A DNA stretch of 64,000 nucleotides. It comes from Methanonatronarchaeales archaeon. GTDB taxonomy: Archaea > Halobacteriota > Methanonatronarchaeia > JAANXF01. A model generated the notes under the pieces. That model was not told where the DNA came from. It saw only the letters and a list, made by a program, of their open reading frames with translations, and made no database searches. Location of the stretch: NCBI GenBank assembly GCA_018263395.1, contig JAANXF010000013.1, forward strand, positions 1,264 to 65,263, written 5' to 3'. A program made the position numbers and the translations under genes. How positions within the stretch are numbered: position 1 is the stretch's first letter; each line of letters begins with the position of its first letter. Shown here one piece after another: positions 9,066-19,534 of the stretch.

Positions 9066-9623
9066 ATGGCGGGGACTGAAAGCACAATCAAGATTGAGAA
9101 CGTCGTCGCGTCCACGTCGCTCGACATGGACCTCGACCTGGAGAGACTGAACGCTGAGCTGGTCGGAGCGGAGTACAAGCAGGAGAAGTTCCCGGGGGTG
9201 GTGTACAGGTTGACGGAGCCCAAGACCGCCGCGCTAATTTTCGCATCGGGCAAGGTCGTTTTCACGGGCGCAAAGAGCGTCGACGACGTCGAAACCGCCG
9301 TAGGCAAGGTCCTCGACAAGATGAGGGGCGCCGGCGTAGACATCGAGGGGAAACCCGAGATTACGGTCCAGAACATCGTGGCCTCCGCGGACCTCGGGAG
9401 ACCTCTCGACCTGAACGCAATAGCGATCGGACTGGGCCTGGAGAACGTGGAGTACGAGCCGGAGCAGTTCCCCGGACTCGTCTACAGGCTCCAGGACCCG
9501 AAGGTCGTGCTCCTGCTCTTCGGCAGCGGCAAGGTCGTGTGCACGGGCGGAAAGACTCCCGAGGACAGCCGCAGGGGAGTGGAAAAGGTCAGGGGAGAAC
9601 TGGAGGACCTCCGACTCCTGTAA
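9066..9623 (+). CDS. tbp: TATA-box binding protein
   Basis: Two repeats: IENVVAS...FPGVVYR...IFASGK and VQNIVAS...[12 protein letters not shown]...FGSGK. Confidence 0.97.
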   Translation: MAGTESTIKIENVVASTSLDMDLDLERLNAELVGAEYKQEKFPGVVYRLTEPKTAALIFASGKVVFTGAKSVDDVETAVGKVLDKMRGAGVDIEGKPEITVQNIVASADLGRPLDLNAIAIGLGLENVEYEPEQFPGLVYRLQDPKVVLLLFGSGKVVCTGGKTPEDSRRGVEKVRGELEDLRLL

Positions 9624-9635
9624 TTCCCGTAATAG

Positions 9636-10628
9636 TTGGAGCGCGGAAGCAGGGAGCCTCGGGAAAGCGGCGAGTGCGGCGGCACGTACGTATTCGAGCT
9701 CTCCGGCGAGAACGAGGAGCTGGCGGCAGCGGAGGTCAGGGCGGTAGCAGAGGCGGAGGGACTTCCCTTCGAACCGGTCGCGAGGTACCCGGGGCTACTC
9801 CTCGCAGAGACGGGGCCGGCGGAGCCGTTCCGGCGCCTCGGGACGGGCCACAGGGTGCTCCGCCTCGTGGACTCGGTGGAGAGACCGGAGGAGTTCGAGA
9901 CCGGGCTGGAGCTTTCCGAGAGCTTCAGTGTACGGGCGAAAAGGATGAGGGGAGGCCGGAGGGACCTGTCCCCGATAGACGTGGAGCGCGAGATCGGGTC
10001 CGTGCTGGTGGACGCGGGGGGAACGGTGGACCTGGAGTCCCCGGAGAGAAAGTTCCGCGCGGTCCTCAGCAGGGAGGAGCTATTCGTGGGGGAGGAGCTG
10101 CTCGAGTTGGACCGCTCCTTCGCCGGAAAGCGCCCCCACCAGAGACCCTTCTTCCACCCCGGCGCCGTGGAGCCCGTCACCGCGAGGGCCATGGTAAACC
10201 TCGCGAGGGCAGGAGGGGACCTCCTTAACCCCATGTGCGGAAACGGCTCCCTCCTGATAGAGGCCGCCAAGGTGGGCGCCAAGCCGTTCGGCCTGGACGC
10301 GGACCCGGCGATGGTTAACGGCACGCTACTGAACGTGGAGGAGGAGGGATTCGCCGCCGCGGTCGTCACCGGCGACGCCCGGAGCCTGCCGTTCCGTGAC
10401 GACCGCTTCGACTCGGCGGTGGCGGACCCGCCCTACGGCCGCTCAGTAAAGGTCTACGGCGAGGACGTATACGGGCGCTCAATGGAGGGGATGGAAAGGG
10501 TGTTAAGGCCGGGGGGTTATATGGTTGTCGCCGCACCGCGCCCCCTGGACGGCGCGGACGAGCGCTACGAGCAGAGGGTTCACCGAAGCCTGACCAGGTA
10601 CGTAAACGTTTTCAGGTGTCACGAATGA
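9636..10628 (+). CDS. THUMP-domain tRNA (G10-N2) methyltransferase, Trm11/TrmG10 family
   Basis: FELSGE N-terminus, [24 protein letters not shown] motif, DPPYG; start uncertain. Confidence 0.85.
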   Translation: MERGSREPRESGECGGTYVFELSGENEELAAAEVRAVAEAEGLPFEPVARYPGLLLAETGPAEPFRRLGTGHRVLRLVDSVERPEEFETGLELSESFSVRAKRMRGGRRDLSPIDVEREIGSVLVDAGGTVDLESPERKFRAVLSREELFVGEELLELDRSFAGKRPHQRPFFHPGAVEPVTARAMVNLARAGGDLLNPMCGNGSLLIEAAKVGAKPFGLDADPAMVNGTLLNVEEEGFAAAVVTGDARSLPFRDDRFDSAVADPPYGRSVKVYGEDVYGRSMEGMERVLRPGGYMVVAAPRPLDGADERYEQRVHRSLTRYVNVFRCHE

Positions 10629-10900
10629 GCGACGTCGTCGTCATAACGGTAACGGGGTCGGACCACCCGGGTATAGTCGCAGGGTTCACTGTTGTCCTGG
10701 CAGAGGTGGACGCCAACATCCTCGACATCGCACAGACCGTGGAGCGCGGCATATTCACCATGCTTCTCTTCGCCGACCTCGGGGAGGCCGACGTGTCCCT
10801 CGAGGAGCTTCAGGACGCGCTTCGCGAGGAGGCGGAGCGCCAGGGGGTCAGGGCGACCGCTCAGCACGAGGACCTTTTCAGGGAGATGCACCGTGTGTGA
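10625..10900 (+). CDS. ACT domain protein (UPF0237)
   Basis: [13 protein letters not shown]...NILDIAQT...[12 protein letters not shown]; ATGA overlap with upstream gene. Confidence 0.9.
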   Translation: MSDVVVITVTGSDHPGIVAGFTVVLAEVDANILDIAQTVERGIFTMLLFADLGEADVSLEELQDALREEAERQGVRATAQHEDLFREMHRV

Positions 10901-11045
10901 CCCCGGCACCGCACACCCCCTGCAGCGCCAGCCCGCAGCCTCCGACGTTGTTCCTCCCTCGCCGGCGTGGACGAATTTTGGCACCGAGGTAACCGTTTTT
11001 CTTCCGGGAAAAGGGCTTCAATACATGGAAACACAATAAGAGGCG

Positions 11046-12239
11046 ATGGCCTTCCTGCGCTGCACTGGATGCGACGGGGTATTCGACGCGGACCGGCCGC
11101 TCCACACCTGTCCGGAGTGCGACTCGCTGCTCGAGGTGCGGTACGGGGAGCTGCCGGCCCTGGACCTTTCCGACCCCTCCCCCGAATCGGTGTGGAGGTA
11201 CCGCGACCACCTTCCGGTGGAGCCACTGGTAACCCTGGATGAGGGCGGCACCCCGCTGTACAGTGCCGAAGGGCTCGCGGAATGGGTAGGACTCGAGAAC
11301 CTGCACGTGAAACACGAGGGGATGAACCCCACGGGCTCGTTCAAGGACCGCGGAATGACCGTCGGGGTCTCCAAGGCCCTTCAGCTCGGGGTCCCGAGGA
11401 TCGCCTGTGCATCCACGGGCAACACGAGCGCTGCGATGGCCGCTTACGGCGCGAGGGCCGGCGTCGACAGCTACGTCCTGCTTCCCGCGGGAAAGGTGGC
11501 CCTCGGAAAGGTCTCCCAGGCGCTTATTCACGGCGCTAGAGTCGTGGCCGTAAGGGGCAACTTCGACGACGCGCTCCGGCTCGTCAGAGAGGTCTGCTCC
11601 TCCGACGAAATGTACCTGCTGAACTCGGTCAACCCGTTCAGGCTCGAGGGGCAGAAAACCGTCGCATTCGAATCCGTCTCCGAACTCGGAAAGGCCCCGG
11701 ACCGCTTCGTGTTCCCGGTGGGCAACGCGGGAAACATCTCGGCAGCCTTCAAGGGGCTCAGGGAGTGGCTCGACCTGGGCATGATAGAGGAACTCCCGAG
11801 AATGACCGGTGTCCAGACCGAGGGGGCCAGACCACTGGTCGACGCCTACGAATCGGGAGCCGACGACGTCACTCCGGAGACCGACCCCGAGACCCTGGCA
11901 ACCGCCATAAGGATAGGTAACCCGGTTAACGGCAGGAGGGCCCTCCAGGCTATCAGGGAGAGCGGGGGCACTGCCCTCGCGGTCACGGACGACGAGACCG
12001 TTGAGGCCCAGAGGAAGCTGGCATCCCTCGAGGGCATCGGCGCCGAGCCGGCTTCCGCCGCAAGCGTCGCGGGGCTGAAGAAGATGGTGGAGCGGGGCGT
12101 GGTGGAAACCGACGAAACCGTCGTCTGCGTCGCGACCGGGAACCTCCTGAAGGACCCCGAAGAGGCCGTCGAGGTATCCCCCGCACCTGTGGAGACGGCG
12201 GCAGAGCTCGGCGCGGTGAAGCACGCAGTAGGTCTGTAG
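11046..12239 (+). CDS. thrC: Threonine synthase
   Basis: NPTGSFKDRG PLP lysine, CASTGNTS, PVGNAGN. Confidence 0.96.
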   Translation: MAFLRCTGCDGVFDADRPLHTCPECDSLLEVRYGELPALDLSDPSPESVWRYRDHLPVEPLVTLDEGGTPLYSAEGLAEWVGLENLHVKHEGMNPTGSFKDRGMTVGVSKALQLGVPRIACASTGNTSAAMAAYGARAGVDSYVLLPAGKVALGKVSQALIHGARVVAVRGNFDDALRLVREVCSSDEMYLLNSVNPFRLEGQKTVAFESVSELGKAPDRFVFPVGNAGNISAAFKGLREWLDLGMIEELPRMTGVQTEGARPLVDAYESGADDVTPETDPETLATAIRIGNPVNGRRALQAIRESGGTALAVTDDETVEAQRKLASLEGIGAEPASAASVAGLKKMVERGVVETDETVVCVATGNLLKDPEEAVEVSPAPVETAAELGAVKHAVGL

Positions 12240-12280
12240 GGCAGGCGGGCGTGGCCGGTGCGGTTCGGCCGCAGGTGCAG

Positions 12281-12898
12281 CTAGGGGTTCACCGTCGCGG
12301 ACTCCCACCCACCGTCGCCCAGCATGGTTGCAGCTCCGCAGACGGGGTGCTCGAAGTCCAGCGGTTCCTCGAAAAGCGCCTCAGCTGCCTCGGCCGCGCT
12401 CTCGACCTCCATTTCGTAAACGTCTCCTGGGAGGTCGTTCCTCCCGTACGTGGCGACCATCGCTGCCTCGCCGTGCGAACCCTCGAACTCCCTCACGATT
12501 ACGGCGTCTCTCCGGGCGATGCCGAGGTAAACAGAGCCACGGCTCACGGCCGCGGCCACCCGTGGCGTGTCGTATTCGTCCTTCTCGTAGTCGAGGCTCA
12601 GCAGCGACAGGGCGAGGGCGTCTCTTGGAGGGTACCCCATCCCGATTTTCTCCGCGGCCGGGTCTGTGTGGGAGCCGTTCGCCAGCACCGCGGTGTCTCC
12701 GGCGATGCGGACGCAGTTATAGGATACGTAGGGGTTCCTGAAGACGTCCTCCCCGTGTCCACTCCTCGGCACGACGCTTATCCCCCTCTCCGTCTCCACG
12801 GCCCTCCTGTCGGGGAACGAGCGGGAGGAGACGCGATACGCCCCGAAGGGCCTTCCCCCGGGGGAGACGCCCGCGACCACGAACCTTCCGACGTACAT
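12281..12898 (-). CDS. purO: Archaeal IMP cyclohydrolase
   Basis: MYVGRF, YRVSSRSFPDR, NPYVSYNC, NGSHTD, DYEKDEYDTPR. Confidence 0.95.
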   Translation of the reverse strand: MYVGRFVVAGVSPGGRPFGAYRVSSRSFPDRRAVETERGISVVPRSGHGEDVFRNPYVSYNCVRIAGDTAVLANGSHTDPAAEKIGMGYPPRDALALSLLSLDYEKDEYDTPRVAAAVSRGSVYLGIARRDAVIVREFEGSHGEAAMVATYGRNDLPGDVYEMEVESAAEAAEALFEEPLDFEHPVCGAATMLGDGGWESATVNP

Positions 12899-12972
12899 AA
12901 TGTCTCTATCTCGTCCCCCGAAAAAGGATTTGCCGATAAACGCTTTTGTGCGAACGACGCAATATTCTAGCT

Positions 12973-13380
12973 ATGCGAAGGGGTTACGTGCTCATATCTG
13001 CGGCGCTGCTGCTCTTCATAGGGTACTCGGCCTTCCAGTACTCTGAGGTCGGCCCAGCCGGCTACGGGGACGTGACGCCCGAGAAGGCGTACGGTATAAT
13101 TCAGGAGCAGGACCCGGTGGTACTGGACGTAAGGACCCGTGCCGAGTACCGGCGGGGCCACGTACCGGGAGCGATCAACGTACCGGTGGAGAGCCCGAAC
13201 GAGCTGAAGGAGAGGTGGAGCGAGGTCCCAGAGGGACGCCCCGTAGTCGTTTACTGCCGCTCCGGGCGCCGCAGCGCCGTCGCCTCGGAGCTGCTCACGG
13301 AGAAGGGGTACGGTCAGGTCTACAACATCCTGGGCGGAATCGACCGCTGGGCCGCGGAGGGGTACCCGATCAGGAGGTGA
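12973..13380 (+). CDS. Membrane-anchored rhodanese domain protein
   Basis: N-terminal TM helix; DVRT...GHVPGA, CRSGRRS active site, GGIDRW. Confidence 0.88.
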   Translation: MRRGYVLISAALLLFIGYSAFQYSEVGPAGYGDVTPEKAYGIIQEQDPVVLDVRTRAEYRRGHVPGAINVPVESPNELKERWSEVPEGRPVVVYCRSGRRSAVASELLTEKGYGQVYNILGGIDRWAAEGYPIRR

Positions 13381-14047
13381 CCAGCCGCGCCTCCTTCACC
13401 ACCAGCTCCGAGGACGAACCGCTCTCGACGACGCGGCTCTCGACGACGTGCAGCCGTCCGTCGAAAATGGGCGACTCGAGCACGAGTGTCTCGTACTCCC
13501 CTCCTTCCCCCGCGACGTGGACCCCGTACTTCTCGTTGAGTTCCACGAGTTCCGCGATCGTTTCCCCGTCTATCTCCCTGCCGAGCCACTCCTCTCCTAG
13601 ACCCATGGCGGCGACCTTCACCACGACGACGTGCATACCGGAGTCCACCATATCCCTCAGGAGGCCGGGTCCCTCTCTGCCCCAGAGAGGGTTGATGGAC
13701 TCCAGCCCCAGCTCTCCGCACAGCTCCTCGACCCTGGACCTCTGGTACTCGCTTTCCACCGCGCCCGTTACGACCCCCTCGACCCCGAGCTCGAGCAGCC
13801 GCTCGAGCAGGAAACGAAGGTCCCCCAGCTCCTCCTCCCTCGCGGCCCCGGTTTCCCTGACCACGAGTGCCCGGTCTGTCGCCCTTGCGAAGAGCCCCAG
13901 CAGTGCCCGGCTGGGCCTGTGAAACATCCAGGAGTCCCGCCTCCGAGGAACCACGGCTCCCAGTGCAATCACGTCGTGCTCCTCCGACGCCAGCTGCATC
14001 GCGTAGGTCGAGTCCTTCCCGGTACTGATCAGGGCCGCCACCCTCAA
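13370..14047 (-). CDS. Diphthine--ammonia ligase (Dph6, PP-loop ATPase)
   Basis: LISTGKDS, SWMFH, GAVESEYQ, GEGGEYET; start taken at TTG 14047. Confidence 0.9.
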   Translation of the reverse strand: MRVAALISTGKDSTYAMQLASEEHDVIALGAVVPRRRDSWMFHRPSRALLGLFARATDRALVVRETGAAREEELGDLRFLLERLLELGVEGVVTGAVESEYQRSRVEELCGELGLESINPLWGREGPGLLRDMVDSGMHVVVVKVAAMGLGEEWLGREIDGETIAELVELNEKYGVHVAGEGGEYETLVLESPIFDGRLHVVESRVVESGSSSELVVKEARLVTS

Positions 14048-14321
14048 ACCGACCCAGCCTCCGTTACACCGGGAGAAACCCCGCCGGGTGCCATCCCCAC
14101 CGTCGACGCCGGTATCCCGGGGACTCGATGGGTCCCGGCCACAACCCCGTACACAAAGCCGCTCACGGTTCCCCACGCCATCGGGGTAACACGTTTAAGC
14201 ACGGGTTCACCGGCAACGTTGCCCTCACCCATGCCGCGTGGATACCGCGCCCGCCCCCTGTCATCGTCGCCGCGTGGCCCCGGCTCCGGTTGAGAGGCGT
14301 TCGCAGGAGACGGAGCGGTCC

Positions 14322-15893
14322 TCAGCGGTCCCCCCTCTTCCTGAAGAGCTTCCCGATCAGGCCGCCGCCCTCCCGGGAGCTGCCGTCTGAGCCCGCGTCG
14401 CCCCTGGAGCCCCTATCGACGCGCTTCCCTTCCCCACCGCCTCCACTTCCCCCCTGGGGCTCGTCGGGCAGATCGAGCCCACCGTCGCCGTGAAGGCTGC
14501 GCCTCACCCTCACGTCGACGAGGACCGGACGCTCCACGTTCGTGGACACCATCAGGGCCGACCCGGACGGCAGCCTGCTCACCTCGTCCTCCATGTCGGC
14601 AGTCAGGCCCTCGACCCCGCTGGCCAGTGCCTTCAGGTCGTTCGGGTTCGTCACCTTCAGTATTATCTGCGTGTTGCACTGCGACAGCACGTTCTTGTCC
14701 ACCTTTGCGGGACGCTGGGAAACCACGCACAGTCCCATTCCGAACTTCCTTCCCTCGGATGCGACCGTCCTGAGTACGTCGCTGCTTGCCACCTTGCCGA
14801 AACCCCTCTCCGGCACGAAGTTGTGTGCCTCCTCGAGAAACATCATCACCGGGGGAACCTCGCCCCTCTTCCGGGCCTCGAAAACGTTTCTCGCGGTCCT
14901 GGCGACGATTATCGGCTGCATCTCGGGCTCCACCCCCCTCATGTCCAGGACCGAGCACCTCCCCTCGCGGACGAGCTCCTCCACCGGCGTGGGAGAAGCA
15001 GAGAGCACGTCGAGGTCGCGGAGGTACTCCAGCGAGTTTATGAGGTTCCACTTGGACTTGGAGCGGTTATCCTCCGCCCGCTCAATCACGTCCTCCACGT
15101 CGTACTCCAGCCCCTCCTCCCGTAGCTCCTTTATCGCCTTGTACAGCACCCCGACCTGCGTATTGGTGAGGCTCGTCGGCACCAGCTCCTTCAGTTCTCT
15201 GGGCCCAAGGTTCAAACCGTTCATGCGGAACGTCTCTCCCTCCAGGCCGGTCGGCGAGAAGACGTGCACCCCGGGATACCCCCTCGGTTCCACGCCGTAC
15301 CGCTCCATCAGGTCCCTCTCTCCCTTTCTGCTATTTGGACTTCGCAGGGAGCCGTACTCGCCGTGGGGGTCGATGACGAGAATCGGCACTCCGCTCTCCA
15401 TCAGCTCCTCCATGAGGACCCCGGCGGCGTAGGACTTCCCGCTCCCGGTTCTGGCCAGTATGGAGCAGTGCTTCTTTACGAGGGAGGCTGCTTCCAGCCT
15501 GACCGGGATATCCGTGTTCTCCAGGAGGCCGAGGTACAGGGAGCCCTCCCCCAGCCCCAGAACCCCCTCCAGAAGCTCTTCGTCAGCCGGGTACACCCTG
15601 TCGCCTGGACTGAGCGGGGACCTCGGGGGCCTCAGTACGCCCCTCTCGTCCCTGCTTCCTATCGTGACCGCTGATGCACTCACCACCTCCTCGGACGTCT
15701 CGATGCTCAGGTCGTCGAGGCTCTGCGAGTCGTTCTTGCGCTCCACGTCCGTGACCCTCGCCAGCACCCAGTAACCCTCCGGGTGCCACGCCTTCACGTA
15801 GTCCGTTCCGTGTACCTTCGACGGCTCCGTAACGACGAAGTCGAATCTAGCCGTGGAGCTAACGCCGAAAACGACGCCGACGGAGCCCTTCAT
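14322..15893 (-). CDS. HerA-like ATPase (HAS barrel + DUF87)
   Basis: HCSILARTGSGKS, DPHGEY, EEAHNF, EGRKFG...SQRP. Confidence 0.92.
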   Translation of the reverse strand: MKGSVGVVFGVSSTARFDFVVTEPSKVHGTDYVKAWHPEGYWVLARVTDVERKNDSQSLDDLSIETSEEVVSASAVTIGSRDERGVLRPPRSPLSPGDRVYPADEELLEGVLGLGEGSLYLGLLENTDIPVRLEAASLVKKHCSILARTGSGKSYAAGVLMEELMESGVPILVIDPHGEYGSLRSPNSRKGERDLMERYGVEPRGYPGVHVFSPTGLEGETFRMNGLNLGPRELKELVPTSLTNTQVGVLYKAIKELREEGLEYDVEDVIERAEDNRSKSKWNLINSLEYLRDLDVLSASPTPVEELVREGRCSVLDMRGVEPEMQPIIVARTARNVFEARKRGEVPPVMMFLEEAHNFVPERGFGKVASSDVLRTVASEGRKFGMGLCVVSQRPAKVDKNVLSQCNTQIILKVTNPNDLKALASGVEGLTADMEDEVSRLPSGSALMVSTNVERPVLVDVRVRRSLHGDGGLDLPDEPQGGSGGGGEGKRVDRGSRGDAGSDGSSREGGGLIGKLFRKRGDR

Positions 15894-17398
15894 TATAACC
15901 TGCCACTCTCCTCGAACCGCTCCAGGACCATCCCCTTCAGCCGGTACGGCGGTTTAGTCTTGAAAAGCCTCCTGGCCTCCTCGAGCTTGACCTCCGACTC
16001 GGAGAAGATGGTTACGACTGACTCGCCGGCGTCCACCTCGTCCCCGACCTTCTTGTGGAGCAGCAGCCCCGCGCCGCTGTCCCTCGGGGCTCCGGCGGCC
16101 CTTGCGACGCCGACTATCTGCCTGTTGTCCAGGGAGGTGACGTAGCCTCCCTTCTCGGCCTCGGCCGCCCACCTGTGCTCCCCGGGCTCCAGTTCCTCCG
16201 AGGAGACCTCCGGGTCTCCCCCCTGGGCACGGATTATGTCCCGGAGTTTGTCCAGGGCCGCTCCACTCCTCAATGCCTCCTCTGCGGAGTTGCTGCCCCT
16301 CCCGTTCACCGCGATTCCGGCCATCTCCAGCAGCACCCCGGCGACTTCGCAGCTCTTCTCGACCAGGCTCCTCGGGTGCTCCCCGCCCTCGAGCACGCGA
16401 AGCGCCTCCCGGGCCTCAAGGACCGGCCCCACCGCCCTTCCGACCGGAGAGGCCCCGTAGCTGGTCACGCACTGAACGTCCATCCCCATGCGTCTGCCGA
16501 GCTGTATGAAGTCCATGGCCAGAGTGGGGGCATCGTCCTCGTTCTCCAGCTTGGTGCCGGAGCCGACCGGGAGGTCGATAACCACCTTGTCGGCACCCAC
16601 TGCCATCTTCTTGGAAAGGACGCTGGCCAGCAGCTGGGGTCTCGGGTCAAGCGACAGGGGGTACTCGATTTCTATAATGTTGTCGTCCGCCGGCGCTATA
16701 CTGGTGGCGCCTCCCCACGCTATCGTTCCCCCGACCTCCGTAGCGATCCTCTTTATGTCGTCCACGCCGAACCCGACCGGCGCCAGGACCTCCATGACGT
16801 CCGCCGTGCCCGCGGCACCCGTGATGGCGCGCGAAGAGGTTTTCGGAATCGTCAGTCCTGCCGAGGCCACTATCGGTACCACGAGCAGAGTTATCTTGTT
16901 GCCGGGAACCCCCCCTATCGAGTGCTTATCGACGATCGGGCCCTCTTCGAACTCGATTCGTTCACCGGACTCGACCATCGCCTCCACCATCCACTGCACC
17001 TCGTCGTAATCCATGTCCCGCATGTAGGACGAGCAGACGAATGCTGTTGTCTCTATTCGGGAGAGCCTGTTGAGGGAAACGTCCTCGATTATGGCCTTCA
17101 CCTCCCCTCGCTCCAGCTTGAAGCCGTCCATCTTTTTCCGAATGTAGTCGACGCTCCTGGGTCTGGATACCGGCTTGACGTCGACCTCCCGGGGCAGTTC
17201 CGCCCCGCCGACCACACCGACCTCTCCCGGACTGACCATTCCCCGGGTAACCTCGGCCACGGCGACTACCGACTCTCCGTCCCCCCTGAGCATCAGACGG
17301 TCCCCCGGCCTGACCAGCAGGTCCCTCGCGTCCTCCTCGTTCAGGATTGCCTCGAGCCCCTGCACCTCCAGGTCGAAAAACCTCGTATTAAGCCTCAA
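15893..17398 (-). CDS. deoA: AMP phosphorylase
   Basis: DKHSIGGVPGNK, KTSSRAITGAAGTAD, N-terminal extension typical of archaeal AMP phosphorylase. Confidence 0.93.
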   Translation of the reverse strand: MRLNTRFFDLEVQGLEAILNEEDARDLLVRPGDRLMLRGDGESVVAVAEVTRGMVSPGEVGVVGGAELPREVDVKPVSRPRSVDYIRKKMDGFKLERGEVKAIIEDVSLNRLSRIETTAFVCSSYMRDMDYDEVQWMVEAMVESGERIEFEEGPIVDKHSIGGVPGNKITLLVVPIVASAGLTIPKTSSRAITGAAGTADVMEVLAPVGFGVDDIKRIATEVGGTIAWGGATSIAPADDNIIEIEYPLSLDPRPQLLASVLSKKMAVGADKVVIDLPVGSGTKLENEDDAPTLAMDFIQLGRRMGMDVQCVTSYGASPVGRAVGPVLEAREALRVLEGGEHPRSLVEKSCEVAGVLLEMAGIAVNGRGSNSAEEALRSGAALDKLRDIIRAQGGDPEVSSEELEPGEHRWAAEAEKGGYVTSLDNRQIVGVARAAGAPRDSGAGLLLHKKVGDEVDAGESVVTIFSESEVKLEEARRLFKTKPPYRLKGMVLERFEESGRL

Positions 17399-17595
17399 AC
17401 CACCCCCGCCTCCTGCCCGCCCCCGAACCTTCCGCCGCAGCCATCCGACATGTAAACGTCCGACCAGTAACTGAGTTGGGCCTCCCCTTCCTTAGTAATA
17501 TCGACAGGGCCCGTGGGAGCTCCTGTGTCCCCTCGCAGGGGCAGACAGTTTACCCAACCGTCCAGGGCCATCAGAATCGTGACCGGCACGTCCGG

Positions 17596-18375
17596 TTAAC
17601 GCTTCCTCCTGAACATGAAGGACAGCAGGATTATCAGCACGCCCGCCGTGGTCATGGCTGCTGTAAAAATCGCGGCCGGCCCGTCCACGTATCTATCTGC
17701 CTCCGGGGTCTGGTACTGATTAAGCGAAGAGAAGACCACGTTGACGTTGCCCTGGGTATCCTCGAAAATCGAGGAGACCTTCCCCGTAAGAATCGTGTAC
17801 TCGGTGCCCTTTACGACCCGGCTGTACACGATTACGTCACCCTCGGCGACCTCGTAACGCCCCAGGGGAATGGAGCTCTTCACCAGCGATACCTTCACCG
17901 CGTCCCCGGACCTCGACGACTTCAGGGAGTAACCATCTTCGAGCTCCCGTGGCTCCCCGCTTCCGACCCTGAACCCTTCCTCCTGCAGCAGCGGGCTCGG
18001 GTACGGCCGGATCGGGTCCCGGTACTGCTCCACCTCTATTCCGGCTACGTAGACGCCGCGATCCGACTCCCGGATGTATCTCAGGGAGATCCTGAGCACG
18101 ACGTCGTCCCCCCTCTCGACTGTGCGCTCCTCCCCCTCCTCCATGATGAGTTCATCCAGTGGCCTGAACGAGTCGTCATGAACCATTACGCCGGCGGCGT
18201 CGAGGTCCTTCTTGATCCAGCCGAGCTCGATGGAGTACCCCTGCTGTAACTCGATGCTGTCCCCGCTCTTCAGGCTGCGGTCCCTGTAATCTATCAGCTC
18301 ATCCGCCTGGACGGGGACAGCGAGCACCAGCACCAGCAGCAGGACCGGCAGCGCCTTACGCATCCGTCTATCCAT
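17596..18375 (-). CDS. Secreted, membrane-anchored protein with S-layer-like beta domains
   Basis: Signal peptide, two GxxxEL/LxxGYS repeats, C-terminal TM + RRKR. Confidence 0.65.
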   Translation of the reverse strand: MDRRMRKALPVLLLVLVLAVPVQADELIDYRDRSLKSGDSIELQQGYSIELGWIKKDLDAAGVMVHDDSFRPLDELIMEEGEERTVERGDDVVLRISLRYIRESDRGVYVAGIEVEQYRDPIRPYPSPLLQEEGFRVGSGEPRELEDGYSLKSSRSGDAVKVSLVKSSIPLGRYEVAEGDVIVYSRVVKGTEYTILTGKVSSIFEDTQGNVNVVFSSLNQYQTPEADRYVDGPAAIFTAAMTTAGVLIILLSFMFRRKR

Positions 18376-18400
18376 CTCTCCCAGAATATTTACGCTTGAC

Positions 18401-19462
18401 TTAAATTAGCATTAGCGGGGCCCCGATGTACAGGGACGCGGCGACGTACCCCGCAATTGCGCCCCCGTTGAGGGACGGAAGGCCGGCCTGGGGCTTACCA
18501 CTCGACACGAAGTAAGAGAGAACGAGGAAGCCCACCGTGCTCCCCACCAGGGAACCCACAGCCTGGGCCGGAAGGCCGAACGTGTAACCGCTCACTGTGA
18601 GTATCCCCGGCATTATTACGTCCCCCAGGCCCATGAAGTAAGCCCCCCGGTCGTCCTCAGCCACGGCCTCCGCCGTCAGGAAGGAGTAACCCCTCTTCGC
18701 CGGAACCACGAACATGACGGGCAGCTTCATCTTCATCGCCGAGTCCGCCAGACTCAACATGTGCCTGGTTCGGTAGACCGCGATTGCGTCGTAAACCGCC
18801 AGCCCCGCGAGCAGCAGAAGCACAGGAAAAACCTCCAGCGAGACACCGAGAATCGCCGTGATCCCTATGGCAACCAGCAGCCCCACCGAGTCGATGACGT
18901 ACCACTCCGGGTAGAGCATGGCTGCCGAGGTGCATAGGGCCGCCAGGACTAGTGCCCCGATACCCGGTGCTGCGAACCCTGCTAGCAGGAGAAGCCCCCA
19001 CCCTGCGTAGTAGATTGCGGATAACAATGCTATCCCAAAAATTTCCTTGAGGAGTATACTATTCAGGTCTTCTGGATGGAGAACTGCCCCTACTGCGAAT
19101 CCTATAAAAATCACGACAGAAATCGAGACCGCTGCGAGAGATGAGAGACTGCCGAAAAATGCCGGAAGTAATGTTGAAAGCGATATGAGTGAGATGGTGG
19201 AGGGAATCAGCGCGATTACAAAAATGAAGATGGCTTTTGTAATTAGGCGTTGGGGGTTTAGTCGGGCGATTACCAGCAGGAACGCGGTGAACAGCAGTAT
19301 CAGTCCGAGGTAAATCGCGGAGTTAACCGGAGACGACGGGTCCTCCACGGCCTGCACTCCGGCGGAGTGCAGCGGCCCCGCGGCCGCCAGCGCACCCAGC
19401 TGGCACGCCACCAGGATCACGCCCATCGCGAGGAAGGAGTAACGGCGTTCCACGGCCTTCAA
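18401..19462 (-). CDS. Presenilin-family intramembrane aspartyl protease (PSH)
   Basis: YPEWYVID, AVYDAIAVY, GLGD, QAGLP motifs. Confidence 0.93.
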   Translation of the reverse strand: MKAVERRYSFLAMGVILVACQLGALAAAGPLHSAGVQAVEDPSSPVNSAIYLGLILLFTAFLLVIARLNPQRLITKAIFIFVIALIPSTISLISLSTLLPAFFGSLSSLAAVSISVVIFIGFAVGAVLHPEDLNSILLKEIFGIALLSAIYYAGWGLLLLAGFAAPGIGALVLAALCTSAAMLYPEWYVIDSVGLLVAIGITAILGVSLEVFPVLLLLAGLAVYDAIAVYRTRHMLSLADSAMKMKLPVMFVVPAKRGYSFLTAEAVAEDDRGAYFMGLGDVIMPGILTVSGYTFGLPAQAVGSLVGSTVGFLVLSYFVSSGKPQAGLPSLNGGAIAGYVAASLYIGAPLMLI

Positions 19463-19534
19463 TGAGCCGCCGCGCTGTTAGCTTTTCCGGGTCTGGGGAA
19501 CCTTTTTAACTCGGCCAGTCAAAATGCAGGCAGT

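Noticed and set aside
14048-14321. Intergenic gap as ncRNA or small gene
   Set aside because: No recognisable RNA motif; the 62-aa ORF is featureless
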